NCBI GenBank assembly: GCA_963813135.1
Contig: CAWEXY010000011.1
Location: forward strand, 128,001 to 192,000
Length of the DNA: 64,000 bases
Direction of reading: 5' to 3'
Source: an uncultured Verrucomicrobiae bacterium
GTDB taxonomy: Bacteria; Chlamydiota; Chlamydiia; Chlamydiales; Rhabdochlamydiaceae
Of the stretch, positions 1 through 9,553 are shown piece by piece (position 1 is the stretch's first letter; every line of letters starts with the position of its first letter). The notes under the pieces were generated by a model. That model ran no database searches. It worked only from the letters and a program-made list of their open reading frames with translations, and had not been told where the DNA came from. A program made the translations under genes and the position numbers.

Positions 1-1
1 T

Positions 2-307
2 CTTATCGGCGGGGCCGCAGGAGCGGTCGGCGGAGCCATCATTGGAGCGGCGCTCGAAAGCAGCGACCGGGATTCTCTTCAAAAGCAAAGCCCCCGCACC
101 CTCAATAAGATCGACAATAAAGAACCTCTCTCGGTCGACGACATCAAAAAGATGAGCAAAGCGGGCCTTAGCGATAATGTCATCATTAGCCAAATCCAAG
201 CGACAAACAGTGTCTTTTATCTCAGCACTGCTGACATCATCGACCTCAAAAACGCCGGCGTCTCTCAACGCGTGATCGATTATATGATTCAGACAGGAAA
301 TCAATAA
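2..307 (+). CDS. Glycine-zipper domain protein (probable lipoprotein), 5' truncated by window edge
   Basis: Manual translation from base 2: LIGGAAGAVGGAIIGAALESSDRDSLQ...VSQRVIDYMIQTGNQ*, stop TAA at 305-307. Confidence 0.7.
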   Translation, partial: LIGGAAGAVGGAIIGAALESSDRDSLQKQSPRTLNKIDNKEPLSVDDIKKMSKAGLSDNVIISQIQATNSVFYLSTADIIDLKNAGVSQRVIDYMIQTGNQ

Positions 308-316
308 CTTTCGTTT

Positions 317-1325
317 ATGACAACATCCAATATCTTCAGCTCGTCCAAAAAAAGAACCGCTGCATCCTTTGCTCCCGATGCTCTCCACCATCTTGCTAAG
401 CAAGCGGCGCGTCATTTCCGCCGGATTACCCGCTCCTACGCCCTATTTAATATCTCTTACTTTCTAGTTTTTACATTTCAACTCTTCGCCCTTCTCCTTT
501 TTTTTCCTTTTTTTTACTCGTTCTTCTATCGTGGCTTTTACCCTTGGAGCCCTTTTTCTGACTGGTTTTTCTTATTTTGTCCTCCGCTTTTACTTCCAAG
601 GACGCAAACCCCAGCAACTAGAGCAGCTCAAACAAGAATTTGTGGCCAGCTGCCAGCAATGCCTGCCAAAAGACCTAACCGCCATAGATACCCGGCGCTC
701 CACGATCCAAGCGCTCCACCTATTTATTACGGAGCTGCAGGGGCAGGAATACCAATTTTATCCCCTTCCTAGCTGGCTTGCCTCCCTTCAGCCCCTCCTG
801 CAAAAATTCAGTCTATGGTGCCATTGGCAGGATGTTCAGGACACGAAAGAACTCCTCTTCCGCGCTTCGCTTGCCCTTCAAATGGAAAATATGAAGATGG
901 AGCCCACCTCCATTGACATCCATACCACCCTCGCAAAAACCTATATCGATCTTTACCGCCTGTATCAAACACCCCAACCCTTCGCCTCGCAAGAACAATC
1001 GAAAATCCTATCTGACAAGTTCCACACCGCTGCCCTGAGGGCTCTCGAAGAGTTAAAAATCATAAACACCTTTGCGCCCGACGAATTATGGGTCCAAGCC
1101 CAATTTGTTTCAGTCTATGGAGATTTAGGCAAAAGGGATAAAGAGATCGAGCATTGTGAAACGCTGGCCCGCCTGGCTCCTCACGACCGCGACATTCTTT
1201 TCCGCCTGGGCTTTCTCTACTTCAACCAAGGGAAAATGGCGCAAGGGCTCAAGATCTACGAGCAGCTCAAAAAATCGCGCGACCCCCAAGCCGACGAGCT
1301 CCTCGCCCACTACATCCACCGCTAA
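317..1325 (+). CDS. Membrane-anchored TPR-containing protein, split by one frameshift
   Basis: ORFs 317..772 and 531..1325 join across poly-T runs at about 498-515; two hydrophobic segments, then C-terminal TPR-like LFRLGFLYFNQGKMAQGLKIYEQL. Confidence 0.65.
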
Positions 1326-1329
1326 AAAA

Positions 1330-1470
1330 ATGCGAATATTTCATATTCGCATCCATTTAATAAGATTAGTTGTTGGTTAATATAGACGCAGGGGCGCAGC
1401 CCCGACGTCTATATAAATTACAGAACTTCTCTTTTCATTTTACATGGACGCGAATATGAAATATTCGCAT
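1330..1470. repeat. 141-bp nested palindromic element (MITE/REP-like) between convergent genes
   Basis: 31-bp terminal inverted repeats with 2 mismatches (1330-1360 vs 1440-1470), each arm itself a hairpin (ATGCGAATAT-TTC-ATATTCGCAT); central hairpin TATAGACG..GGGGC-GCA-GCCCC..CGTCTATA. Confidence 0.8.
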
Positions 1471-2394
1471 CTACTTGATGAGGACATTCCAGCTGATGGT
1501 GCCGAGGAGGATGCCGGCCACGCAGAGAGCGCTCGCCCACCAGTTGACCCTCTCCTTATAAAGACCCCGCCCCCATATATTACAGAGGATGATGACAGAC
1601 ACCGCAAAGATGGGGAATATCAGGGCTCCTTCGGAAGGCGTCGCCACCTCCGTGGACCGGATCATAAAGAACGTGCCAATGCCGTTGGCGATCCCGCCCA
1701 AAACTCCGTAGACAACTTCGCTGACTTTGGGAAATTTCTTCGTGCTTCCATAGTAGACAATGGCTTGAAAAAGAAAAGCGACAAAGAAAACTGTAGGCAT
1801 AAACCATTGGCTCTTCGCATCATCCATATCAAAGGAGAGGAAAAGACCTGTTTCTCCAGGATAATTAATGAAGAGGGCCCTCCAGTTCGAAGATCAAAAA
1901 GAGCGTATGCAGGAAAAACGTCGCCGTGACAAAAGCGACCCAACTAAATTTTTGCTCGCTGCGCGCTGTCTGCCATCCTGCCCAAAAAAGGCCGAAGCAC
2001 GAGGATAGATCCGACAGCATTCCAAGGAGTATAAAGGCATCCTAGCTCGGCCCCGAAGATCAAGAACATCAATATAGAGGGCATCACCGTCGAAGCATTG
2101 AGGACGGCAATCGTAAATCCTGGGGGGCCGCGCTCTAATGATCGACCGAGGGAGGCCATCATGAGCGCGAGGATCAGTCCCCCTGCGCAGCCAAAGGCTG
2201 CCATGCAGCCGCTCCAGTGATAGTAGCTCGCCGCTGCGGACAGGATTTAAAAGAATAGCGATCAAAAAAACCCAAAAAAGTTGGACCATTAAAAAGCCCT
2301 TCGACGATCCACCCGCGTCGATACTACGCCGCATACATAAGTTTGATGCAGCGACAAAAACTCCAGCGATCAAAATAAATTGTATTCCAAGCAT
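1471..2394 (-). CDS. DMT/EamA-like multi-pass transporter, several frameshifts
   Basis: Hydrophobic ORF pieces 1894..2421, 1944..2204 and 1471..1827 read as consecutive TM helices of one protein. Confidence 0.6.
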
Positions 2395-2484
2395 GTCTGC
2401 ATATCTTACACAAGCCATCATTTTTTTGAGGACAAAAAAAAGAGTTTGCCGGTTGAATGGAGATCAATATAATTGTGAGGAGCT

Positions 2485-5139
2485 ATGACAAAAATTGTAT
2501 CAACGATCTGTCATTCTGCCATTTTGCTTCAGGGAACTCTGCTCCCTAAAGAACATTTGTCCCCTCAGGAAAATGTTTTCCTCAGGCGCATTACTGAATT
2601 TTGGAAAGACAAGGATTATGCTCTCGTCAAAAAGCAAGTCATCGATTTTATCAGCGCCAATCCTCTTTCTCCTCTGACAGATCATCTCTATGCCATTTTG
2701 GGAGATCTCTATTTCCAAGAGAAAAATTATACCGAGGCCATCCAAGCCTATCGGCAAATCAACGTGGCCGAATTCCAAGAAAAAACACTCTATTCCCATG
2801 CATGCAGCCTCTATACAACCAATGACTACGCCGGCGTTGTCGCCCTGGCGCAGCCCTTCTACCAAAAGGGGACGCTGTCCCGCATCGACCGGGGGGAAGA
2901 AATCCATTCTATTTTAGGCGACAGCTTTTACCGCATCATTTCTGCGGAGGAAAATTCCGCTAAGAAAAAAGAACTCGCCGCTATCGCTAAACCTATCCTC
3001 CAATCTCTTGCCCCCAAAGAGCCCCGCGCGCTCCATTTCTTGGCCGACATCCACCGCCATCTCGGAGAATATCCTGAAGCATGCACCTTTTATATCCTCC
3101 TCGCCGACAAAGAAACGGACAAGAAAGAAGAGTTCTTGCTGCAAGCCGCTTCTTTGCAGCTCGACTTTGACAAAACTGCAGCTGCAGCAACTTACGGGAA
3201 AATAGCCGTTCTCGGCGGGCCGAAAGCTACGGAAGCTGCCTATAATCAATTCGCCCTGCTTTTCCAGGCGCAAAATTATGCAGAGCTGGCCTCTGCGCAT
3301 CAGGCCATTTCTGCCCACTTGGCCCCCGAACATCTCCCGCTTTTCCAACTTTGCCTCGGAAGGAGTTATTTTTTCCTAGAGAACTATAACGCTGCCGCCC
3401 AGAGTTTTGAAAAATATTTAGAAAATCAGAAAGACAAAGGCGCTCTTATCATGCTCCTTATTTGCGCGCAAAAAACAAGCGATACGGCTCTTTTTGACCG
3501 CGTAATGGATGATCTTGTCAAAGCGTATCCGCAAGATCCCGAAGTGGCGCAAGCGCTTCTTATTCACGCTCAACATGCGGTTGAAAAGCAGGATCTGTCC
3601 AAAGCAGCTTCTGATCTCGGAAAAGTTCTCGCCGAGTTTCCCAACATCGACAATAAAGAAGTCCTTCTCTACGACCATGCGCTGCTTCTTTCTCAAACAC
3701 AAAACTGGGGCGCCAGCCGCAATTCTTATCTCAAACTGCTTGAGCAGTTCCCCGGAACGGCGCATAAAACTCAAATCTATCAATTCTTGCTCACTTGTTC
3801 GATCGAGGGGCTCAAGGCATCTCCTGATGACGTCGAGGTTAAAAAACAGCTCGTCGGCGACCTCCAAAATGCTCTGCCCACTTTTTCTGATGATCAAAAA
3901 GCTTCATACCTCTTTCTCCTAGGCAAAGCACAGTTTGAGCTCGAACAATACAGCCAAGCGAGCGAGACGCTCCAATCTCTACTCACAGCTTATCCCGAAC
4001 ATCCATCGGCCCATGACGCTCATCTGCTGGCAGCGCTTTGCCAGCGCGAGCAGGGAATTTACGATAGCGCTTTTGCCGAACATGCGGAAAAAGCGCTCGC
4101 AGCAGCGCCTCTTGCCACTCCGATGCAGGCCCTGCACCGCGACCTTTTCAACGCCTATAGAAATCAAGGCAACTGGGAAAGAGCCGCTGAACATCTTTAT
4201 CAAGCTTATGTCGTTGGGAATGAATCCATCCAAGAAGATAACAAGATCTGGCTGGCTAGTTTTTACTTTGAAAAGGCCAAAGAGGGAGATAAGGCGGCCA
4301 AAGAAAAAGCCCTTGCGATTTACCCCAAGCTCCTATCCCTTGTCGGCGAGCAAATGACGCCGACAGCCGCTGTCATTCATCCGATGCTGGAAGCAGAAGT
4401 GCTCAAATTTTCTTCCCTCCTTCCTCAACCCAAGAAGGCGCTCCTCCTCTCCTCTTTGACGGATCTGCAAGAAAAGAACCCCCAGATCGAATGGAAGCTT
4501 GCACAACAGACGCTCTTCGAGCTAGGAAAGACCTATGCCTCCTTGCATGAGTCTCAAAAGGCCCTCGATATATTCAGCAACCTGATCCAGCCCTCCTCTC
4601 CTTCGTATTTCTCCTCAGCAGCCCAGCTCGAAAAGTCCCGCCTATTTTTCATTCTGTGCCCCGAAGAAAAGCGCAATGAGGAAAATCCTGAGATCGTAGA
4701 AGTTCTCAGCTCCCTCAAGGACCTTCAAATCCAGAAAAAAATCTATTCAGAGCCGCTCCACCTAGAGGCAGCGCTCGAATATGCCGATATCCGCACCTCT
4801 TTGGCCCCTTCGGAAAAGCGCATTGAAACTGCCCTCTTTTTCTTAAACCGCCTCAAAGAAGACTTTACCAATGCTGAAGATCCAGCTCTGCAAGAATATA
4901 GCGGCGCTAGCACAGCTTTTCCGGAGAAAAGCGCTCTCTACCACAACTATTTAAAATGCCTCGATGCCGAAATTAACAGGCTCCAAGCCCTCCAATGCCG
5001 TAAGACAAAAGACCTCGATACAGCCAAAACCCTAGAACAGTCGGCGCAAGCCCTCTTAACCGAAGTGCTCTCCTCTAAGAATGCAACCCCTTATCTCTTA
5101 GAGCGGGCCGAACTTAACTTGAGTGCCATACGACGATGA
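2485..5139 (+). CDS. Large tetratricopeptide-repeat protein
   Basis: 884 aa with repeated TPR-like helices (LYAILGDLYFQEKNYTEAIQAY, LFLLGKAQFELEQYSQASETL). Confidence 0.75.
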   Translation: MTKIVSTICHSAILLQGTLLPKEHLSPQENVFLRRITEFWKDKDYALVKKQVIDFISANPLSPLTDHLYAILGDLYFQEKNYTEAIQAYRQINVAEFQEKTLYSHACSLYTTNDYAGVVALAQPFYQKGTLSRIDRGEEIHSILGDSFYRIISAEENSAKKKELAAIAKPILQSLAPKEPRALHFLADIHRHLGEYPEACTFYILLADKETDKKEEFLLQAASLQLDFDKTAAAATYGKIAVLGGPKATEAAYNQFALLFQAQNYAELASAHQAISAHLAPEHLPLFQLCLGRSYFFLENYNAAAQSFEKYLENQKDKGALIMLLICAQKTSDTALFDRVMDDLVKAYPQDPEVAQALLIHAQHAVEKQDLSKAASDLGKVLAEFPNIDNKEVLLYDHALLLSQTQNWGASRNSYLKLLEQFPGTAHKTQIYQFLLTCSIEGLKASPDDVEVKKQLVGDLQNALPTFSDDQKASYLFLLGKAQFELEQYSQASETLQSLLTAYPEHPSAHDAHLLAALCQREQGIYDSAFAEHAEKALAAAPLATPMQALHRDLFNAYRNQGNWERAAEHLYQAYVVGNESIQEDNKIWLASFYFEKAKEGDKAAKEKALAIYPKLLSLVGEQMTPTAAVIHPMLEAEVLKFSSLLPQPKKALLLSSLTDLQEKNPQIEWKLAQQTLFELGKTYASLHESQKALDIFSNLIQPSSPSYFSSAAQLEKSRLFFILCPEEKRNEENPEIVEVLSSLKDLQIQKKIYSEPLHLEAALEYADIRTSLAPSEKRIETALFFLNRLKEDFTNAEDPALQEYSGASTAFPEKSALYHNYLKCLDAEINRLQALQCRKTKDLDTAKTLEQSAQALLTEVLSSKNATPYLLERAELNLSAIRR

Positions 5140-6933
5140 TGCGATCTCTACTTTCTAAATGCCTTTTCGCCTCTGTTGTCTTCCACCTCGTGTTGATTTG
5201 GATCTTTTTCTCGCATCCTCTCTTTTTACAGCCCTATTTCTCTTCTATCTTTGGGAAAACGACATCGATACCCCTAGAGGAAGAAGATATCGCTCTCTCA
5301 GAAAAGAACGTGTCGATGGAAGAAGTCTTTAATCAAATCATCGCCATGCCTCCGCGAAGGCAAGTTCCCTATGATTATGAACATGTGATTTCCGCCAAAT
5401 CCAAGCATAAGCCTTGCTTGGAGGAAAAAGCATCCGTCCCCACAACTCCTCTTGCCAAATCACTGCCCTCTACTACCTTGCCCAGAGGCTTTTTTCTTCC
5501 GCAGTCCGAATTTAAAACACCCGACTGGATGCTCGATGTCGCCGCGCGGCAAGAAGCGATCGCCTCCGCACCCCTTCCTCCGCTCGATCTCGACAAACCG
5601 TACCATTCTCTTCTTTTCGACGAACTCCGCCTCGACGCCCCGCAAATCGCCGGCGATATTCCCCAGCAGCAAAGCGGTTCCACCATCGCCCAAGGACACC
5701 TTCCATCCATCGAAGGCGAAGGCGCCGCTCCGAAAGGCCCTTCCAGTTCTACGCTTTTGCCCTCATCCTCTGCTCCCACAGGCGAGCTCATCGTATTTGC
5801 CGATCCCCAATCCCTGCATTTTAGCGATGCTCCCACACCTCAATCTGCATCTATCCCTTCGAATCCGCCAGGCGCCCCTTCGAAGCTCTCCGCGGCAAAT
5901 GCCCCCCTCCCAGCTTTATCTTCCTATGGCCTTCCTGATTCCTACGCCACAGCCGATTGGAGCTCGGATTTTCTCATCGATGTGCGCACTTACAAACGCG
6001 AAGAAGGCGGTTATCTTTTCTCCTTAACCGTCCTCCCCAAATACGATATGAGCGCCAAGCGCATGCCGCAAAACATTCTTTTTCTTGTCGATAGAACCAA
6101 TGCAGAAGGCAAACACCGCTTCCAAACTTTCAAACGCGCGATACTCCGCGCCCTTCCTTTCCTGCGCGAGGGAGACCGCTTTAATATCGCCGTCGTAGGC
6201 GATACCGTGCAAAAAATGAGCGAACTATCGCTCGTATTCAATAAAAAAACCGTCGCTAGAGCTGAAGAGTTTCTGGAAAGCGAAGTCTCTGTTTCTTCCG
6301 GCGGCAATATTTTTTCAAAGCTTCCTAAAGCTTCGCTCATGACTTACGAGGATTCAGAAGTTCCTTCGATCATTCTCCTTTCCGATGGAGGCGAAGAAGG
6401 AAAAAAGCGAGAGACAAAGCCGCAACATACGCGCATGGGTGGAGCAAAACAAAGGCGAAATCGCCCTCTATGCTGCTACCATCGGCCGCGAAAATAATAC
6501 CTATCTCCTCGATCTGCTCGCCACGCTCAGCCGCGGATTCCTCGTCAACTCCGATACCCACTCCGCCCTTCCCCGCAAAGTCGGCAAGCTCGTCCTCGAT
6601 CTCCGCTTCCCCTTGGCGAAAGAAATGTCCGCCACCATCTTGCAAGCCGATCCGGGCAGCCATATTGAAATCGTTCCTCCCTCTTTCCGCCTCCCCAATC
6701 TTTTCTGCGACCACCCCTTCACCATCTGGGGTAAAGCCGAAAAGCTCACCGACTTCACGCTCCTCATTGAAGGAAGAAACCGCGACCAGCTCCTCTCCAT
6801 CCAGGCGCCGATCTCCTTTGTTGGCGCGACACCTGACAACCACAAACTTCCCAAAGAGTGGGCGCTTCAAGAAAAAAATCTATCCTACGACGAATTCCTA
6901 AAAAATGGCACAGTTCCAAGTTCTAGCCGGTAA
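5136..6933 (+). CDS. Membrane-anchored vWA-domain protein, one frameshift near 6395
   Basis: N-terminal TM, Pro/Ser-rich linker, ILFLVDRT and IILLSDG vWA motifs; continues in ORF 6385..6933. Confidence 0.65.
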
Positions 6934-7459
6934 GCTGCGCGGCAGACCTCTGCAATCTCCCAAGGGAGAGCAGACGCGGCCCACCACGGCCCTTGTCCGC
7001 AAATCGGTCTTCGACACGCTCCGCCCCTATTTAGAAGACGCCCACGTCCTCGACCTCTTCGCCGGCAGCGGGGCTATCGGCATCGAAGCGCTGAGCAATG
7101 GCGCAGCCCATGCCACCTTCGTTGAAAACCATCCCCTCGCCCTTAAAGCCCTGCGCCACAACCTCCATTCCCTCGGCCTCGAAGACTCTTCCACCATCCT
7201 CGCTCTCGATGCCCACGCCGCCCTCAAAAAACTAAAGAACACCTTCGATGTCATCTACTCCGATCCTCCCTATGACCAGGCCTCTTTCCATACCACCCTT
7301 CTCAGCTTCCTCGATACGCATCCCCTGCTTCGTCCAGGCGGTTTTCTTTTTCTCGAAGAAGGACAGCCTGCTTCCTACGCATCCCTCGCCCACCTCACAT
7401 TCATCCGCACGCGCAGCTTTGGCAATGCCCACTTGCACCTATTCCGCTCCTCAATTTAG
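6905..7459 (+). CDS. rsmD: 16S rRNA m2G966 methyltransferase
   Basis: TRPTT, VLDLFAGSGAIGIEALS and DPPY motifs. Confidence 0.9.
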   Translation: MAQFQVLAGKLRGRPLQSPKGEQTRPTTALVRKSVFDTLRPYLEDAHVLDLFAGSGAIGIEALSNGAAHATFVENHPLALKALRHNLHSLGLEDSSTILALDAHAALKKLKNTFDVIYSDPPYDQASFHTTLLSFLDTHPLLRPGGFLFLEEGQPASYASLAHLTFIRTRSFGNAHLHLFRSSI

Positions 7460-7469
7460 ACTTAAGTCC

Positions 7470-8988
7470 ATGCTCTTTGCTGATCAAATCCTCGAACAGA
7501 TGACCATCGAAGAAAAAGTCGGCCAGCTCCTCATGTGCCATTTCACCGGAGAGACCGCCAACGAAGCTTCCAAGATTATTCTTGAACAAGCGCATGTCGG
7601 CGGCATCATTTACTATAATTTCTCCAACGGCCTTACAAGCCCTGCCCAAGTGCAGCAGCTCAGCATCGGCCTGCAGCAGGACGCAAAAATTCCCCTCCTC
7701 ATCGCCGCCGACCAAGAGACCGGCATCGTCGCGCGCCTGCGCTCCGGCTTTACTCTTTTCCCTGGCAACCGCTCGGTCGCCATGGCCGGCGATGTAACCC
7801 TCGCCCGCGCAGTGGCAAGGGCCGCCGCCGAAGAGATGAAAGCCGTCGGCGTCAACATGAACCTGGCGCCTGTCGTCGATGTCAATTCCAACCCTCAAAA
7901 TCCTGTCATCGGCATCCGCGCTTTTGGGTCCGATCCTGCCATCGTCACAAAATTCAGCATCGCGACCATGCAAGGCTACGATGACGAACAAGTCATCTCG
8001 TGCCCTAAACATTTCCCCGGCCATGGCAATACGACCGTCGATTCGCATGCCAATATTCCAGTCATCGCCGGCCCTATCGAAGCCGACCTCCAGCCTTTCT
8101 ACGCGCTTGCACGGAACATGCCCGCAGTCATGACAGCCCACATCCGGGCCGATAGCATCGATCCCGATCATGTCGCTACACTTTCCAAAAAAACACTCCA
8201 AGATCTCTTGCGCGAAGAAATGGGCTTTAAAGGAGTCGTCGTATCCGATTCCCTCGTCATGCAAGGCGTGCTCCAAGAATGCCCCTCCGTCGAAGAGGCC
8301 GCAGTCCGCGCTTTTGAAGCCGGTTGCGATATCTTGCTCCTTGGCGGCCGCCAGCTCGTCGGTTCCGAAAAAAAAAGAGCTAACACCCGAGCAAATTATT
8401 CAAGTCCATAAAACTCTTGTAACAGCCGTAAAAACAGGCCGTATCAGCAAAGACACGCTGGATGCTTCCGCCCTTCGCATTTTGCAGCTAAAAGAGAAAT
8501 ATGGCCTCTTTAAGCCCGTCCCACTCACGGACGACACGATTGCTCAGCATATCAAAACGCCAGAACATGAGGCCCTCGCCCAAAAAGTCGCCGCGCTCTC
8601 TGTCCGAACGCTTCACAACCATCTTCCACCAAAGTTTTCCTTAGAAAAAACACTAACTATTGCCCCGCAAACTCTGCAAACAGAGATCGATTGGGATGGA
8701 GAAAAAGTATTCTTTAAAGAATGCAACCCATCAGAACAAGAGATCACCGACTGTCTCACTAAAACCAAAGGCGCCGAGGCGATCATTCTTTTATCTTTCA
8801 ATGCATGGAAGTTTACAGCTCAACAAAAACTATTCACTGCTCTGAAAGAACAGGGCAAGACCATCATCGTCTTCTGCGCCCGCGATCCAGAAGATGCCCC
8901 TTTCTTTAAAGACGCTGATGCTTTGATCGCAACCTACGGTCCCATAAAACCATCGCTCGGCGCCGCTCGCAAACTATTGGAGAGATAA
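7470..8988 (+). CDS. nagZ: GH3 beta-N-acetylhexosaminidase, frameshift at poly-A about 8368-8377
   Basis: ADQETG, KHFPGHG, DSH and SDSLVM GH3 motifs; C-terminal domain in ORF 8170..8988. Confidence 0.85.
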
Positions 8989-9543
8989 ATGATGGAGTCT
9001 ATTTCTGCTGAGGACGGAGTTGAGTTGCTCAAAGTAGCGCGCAGGGCTATTGAGGCTACTTTGCAAAAAATCGCTCCTCCCTGCGCATTGCCCCAGCGGA
9101 AAAATCGCGGAGTATTTACAACTGTAAGCATAGAGCAAAAAATAAGAGGCTGCTTTGGATTTCCCTACCCAGATCCTGATAAGTCCTTAGAGGAATCTGT
9201 TCAAGAAGCTTCGATCGAGTCTGTCTTAGATCCTCGCTTTCCGCCTCTGGGCGAAGAACATCTTCCTCAGATCGAAATTGAGCTTTCTGTTTTAACCCTG
9301 CCACAATCCATCGAGTTAAATCAAATTCAGCTCGGTGTTCATGGCCTTATCATTGCCCAGGAAGACAAAATGGGGCTTCTGCTCCCTCGAGTCGCCTTGG
9401 ACTTTGGATGGAATTTAGAAACGCTTTTGGAAAAGCTCTGCTTAAAGGCAGACCTGACAGCAAACGCTTGGAAAGAAGGGGCCCATCTCAGCGCTTTTAC
9501 AGTCCAAGTCTTCAGAGAAAATTCTCTCCTACACCCTAAATAG
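8989..9543 (+). CDS. AMMECR1 / AmmeMemoRadiSam protein A family
   Basis: GVFTT, IRGCFG, DPRFPP, IELSVL, GLLLP and LCLKA motifs. Confidence 0.85.
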   Translation: MMESISAEDGVELLKVARRAIEATLQKIAPPCALPQRKNRGVFTTVSIEQKIRGCFGFPYPDPDKSLEESVQEASIESVLDPRFPPLGEEHLPQIEIELSVLTLPQSIELNQIQLGVHGLIIAQEDKMGLLLPRVALDFGWNLETLLEKLCLKADLTANAWKEGAHLSAFTVQVFRENSLLHPK

Positions 9544-9553
9544 TTGTCCTGGT

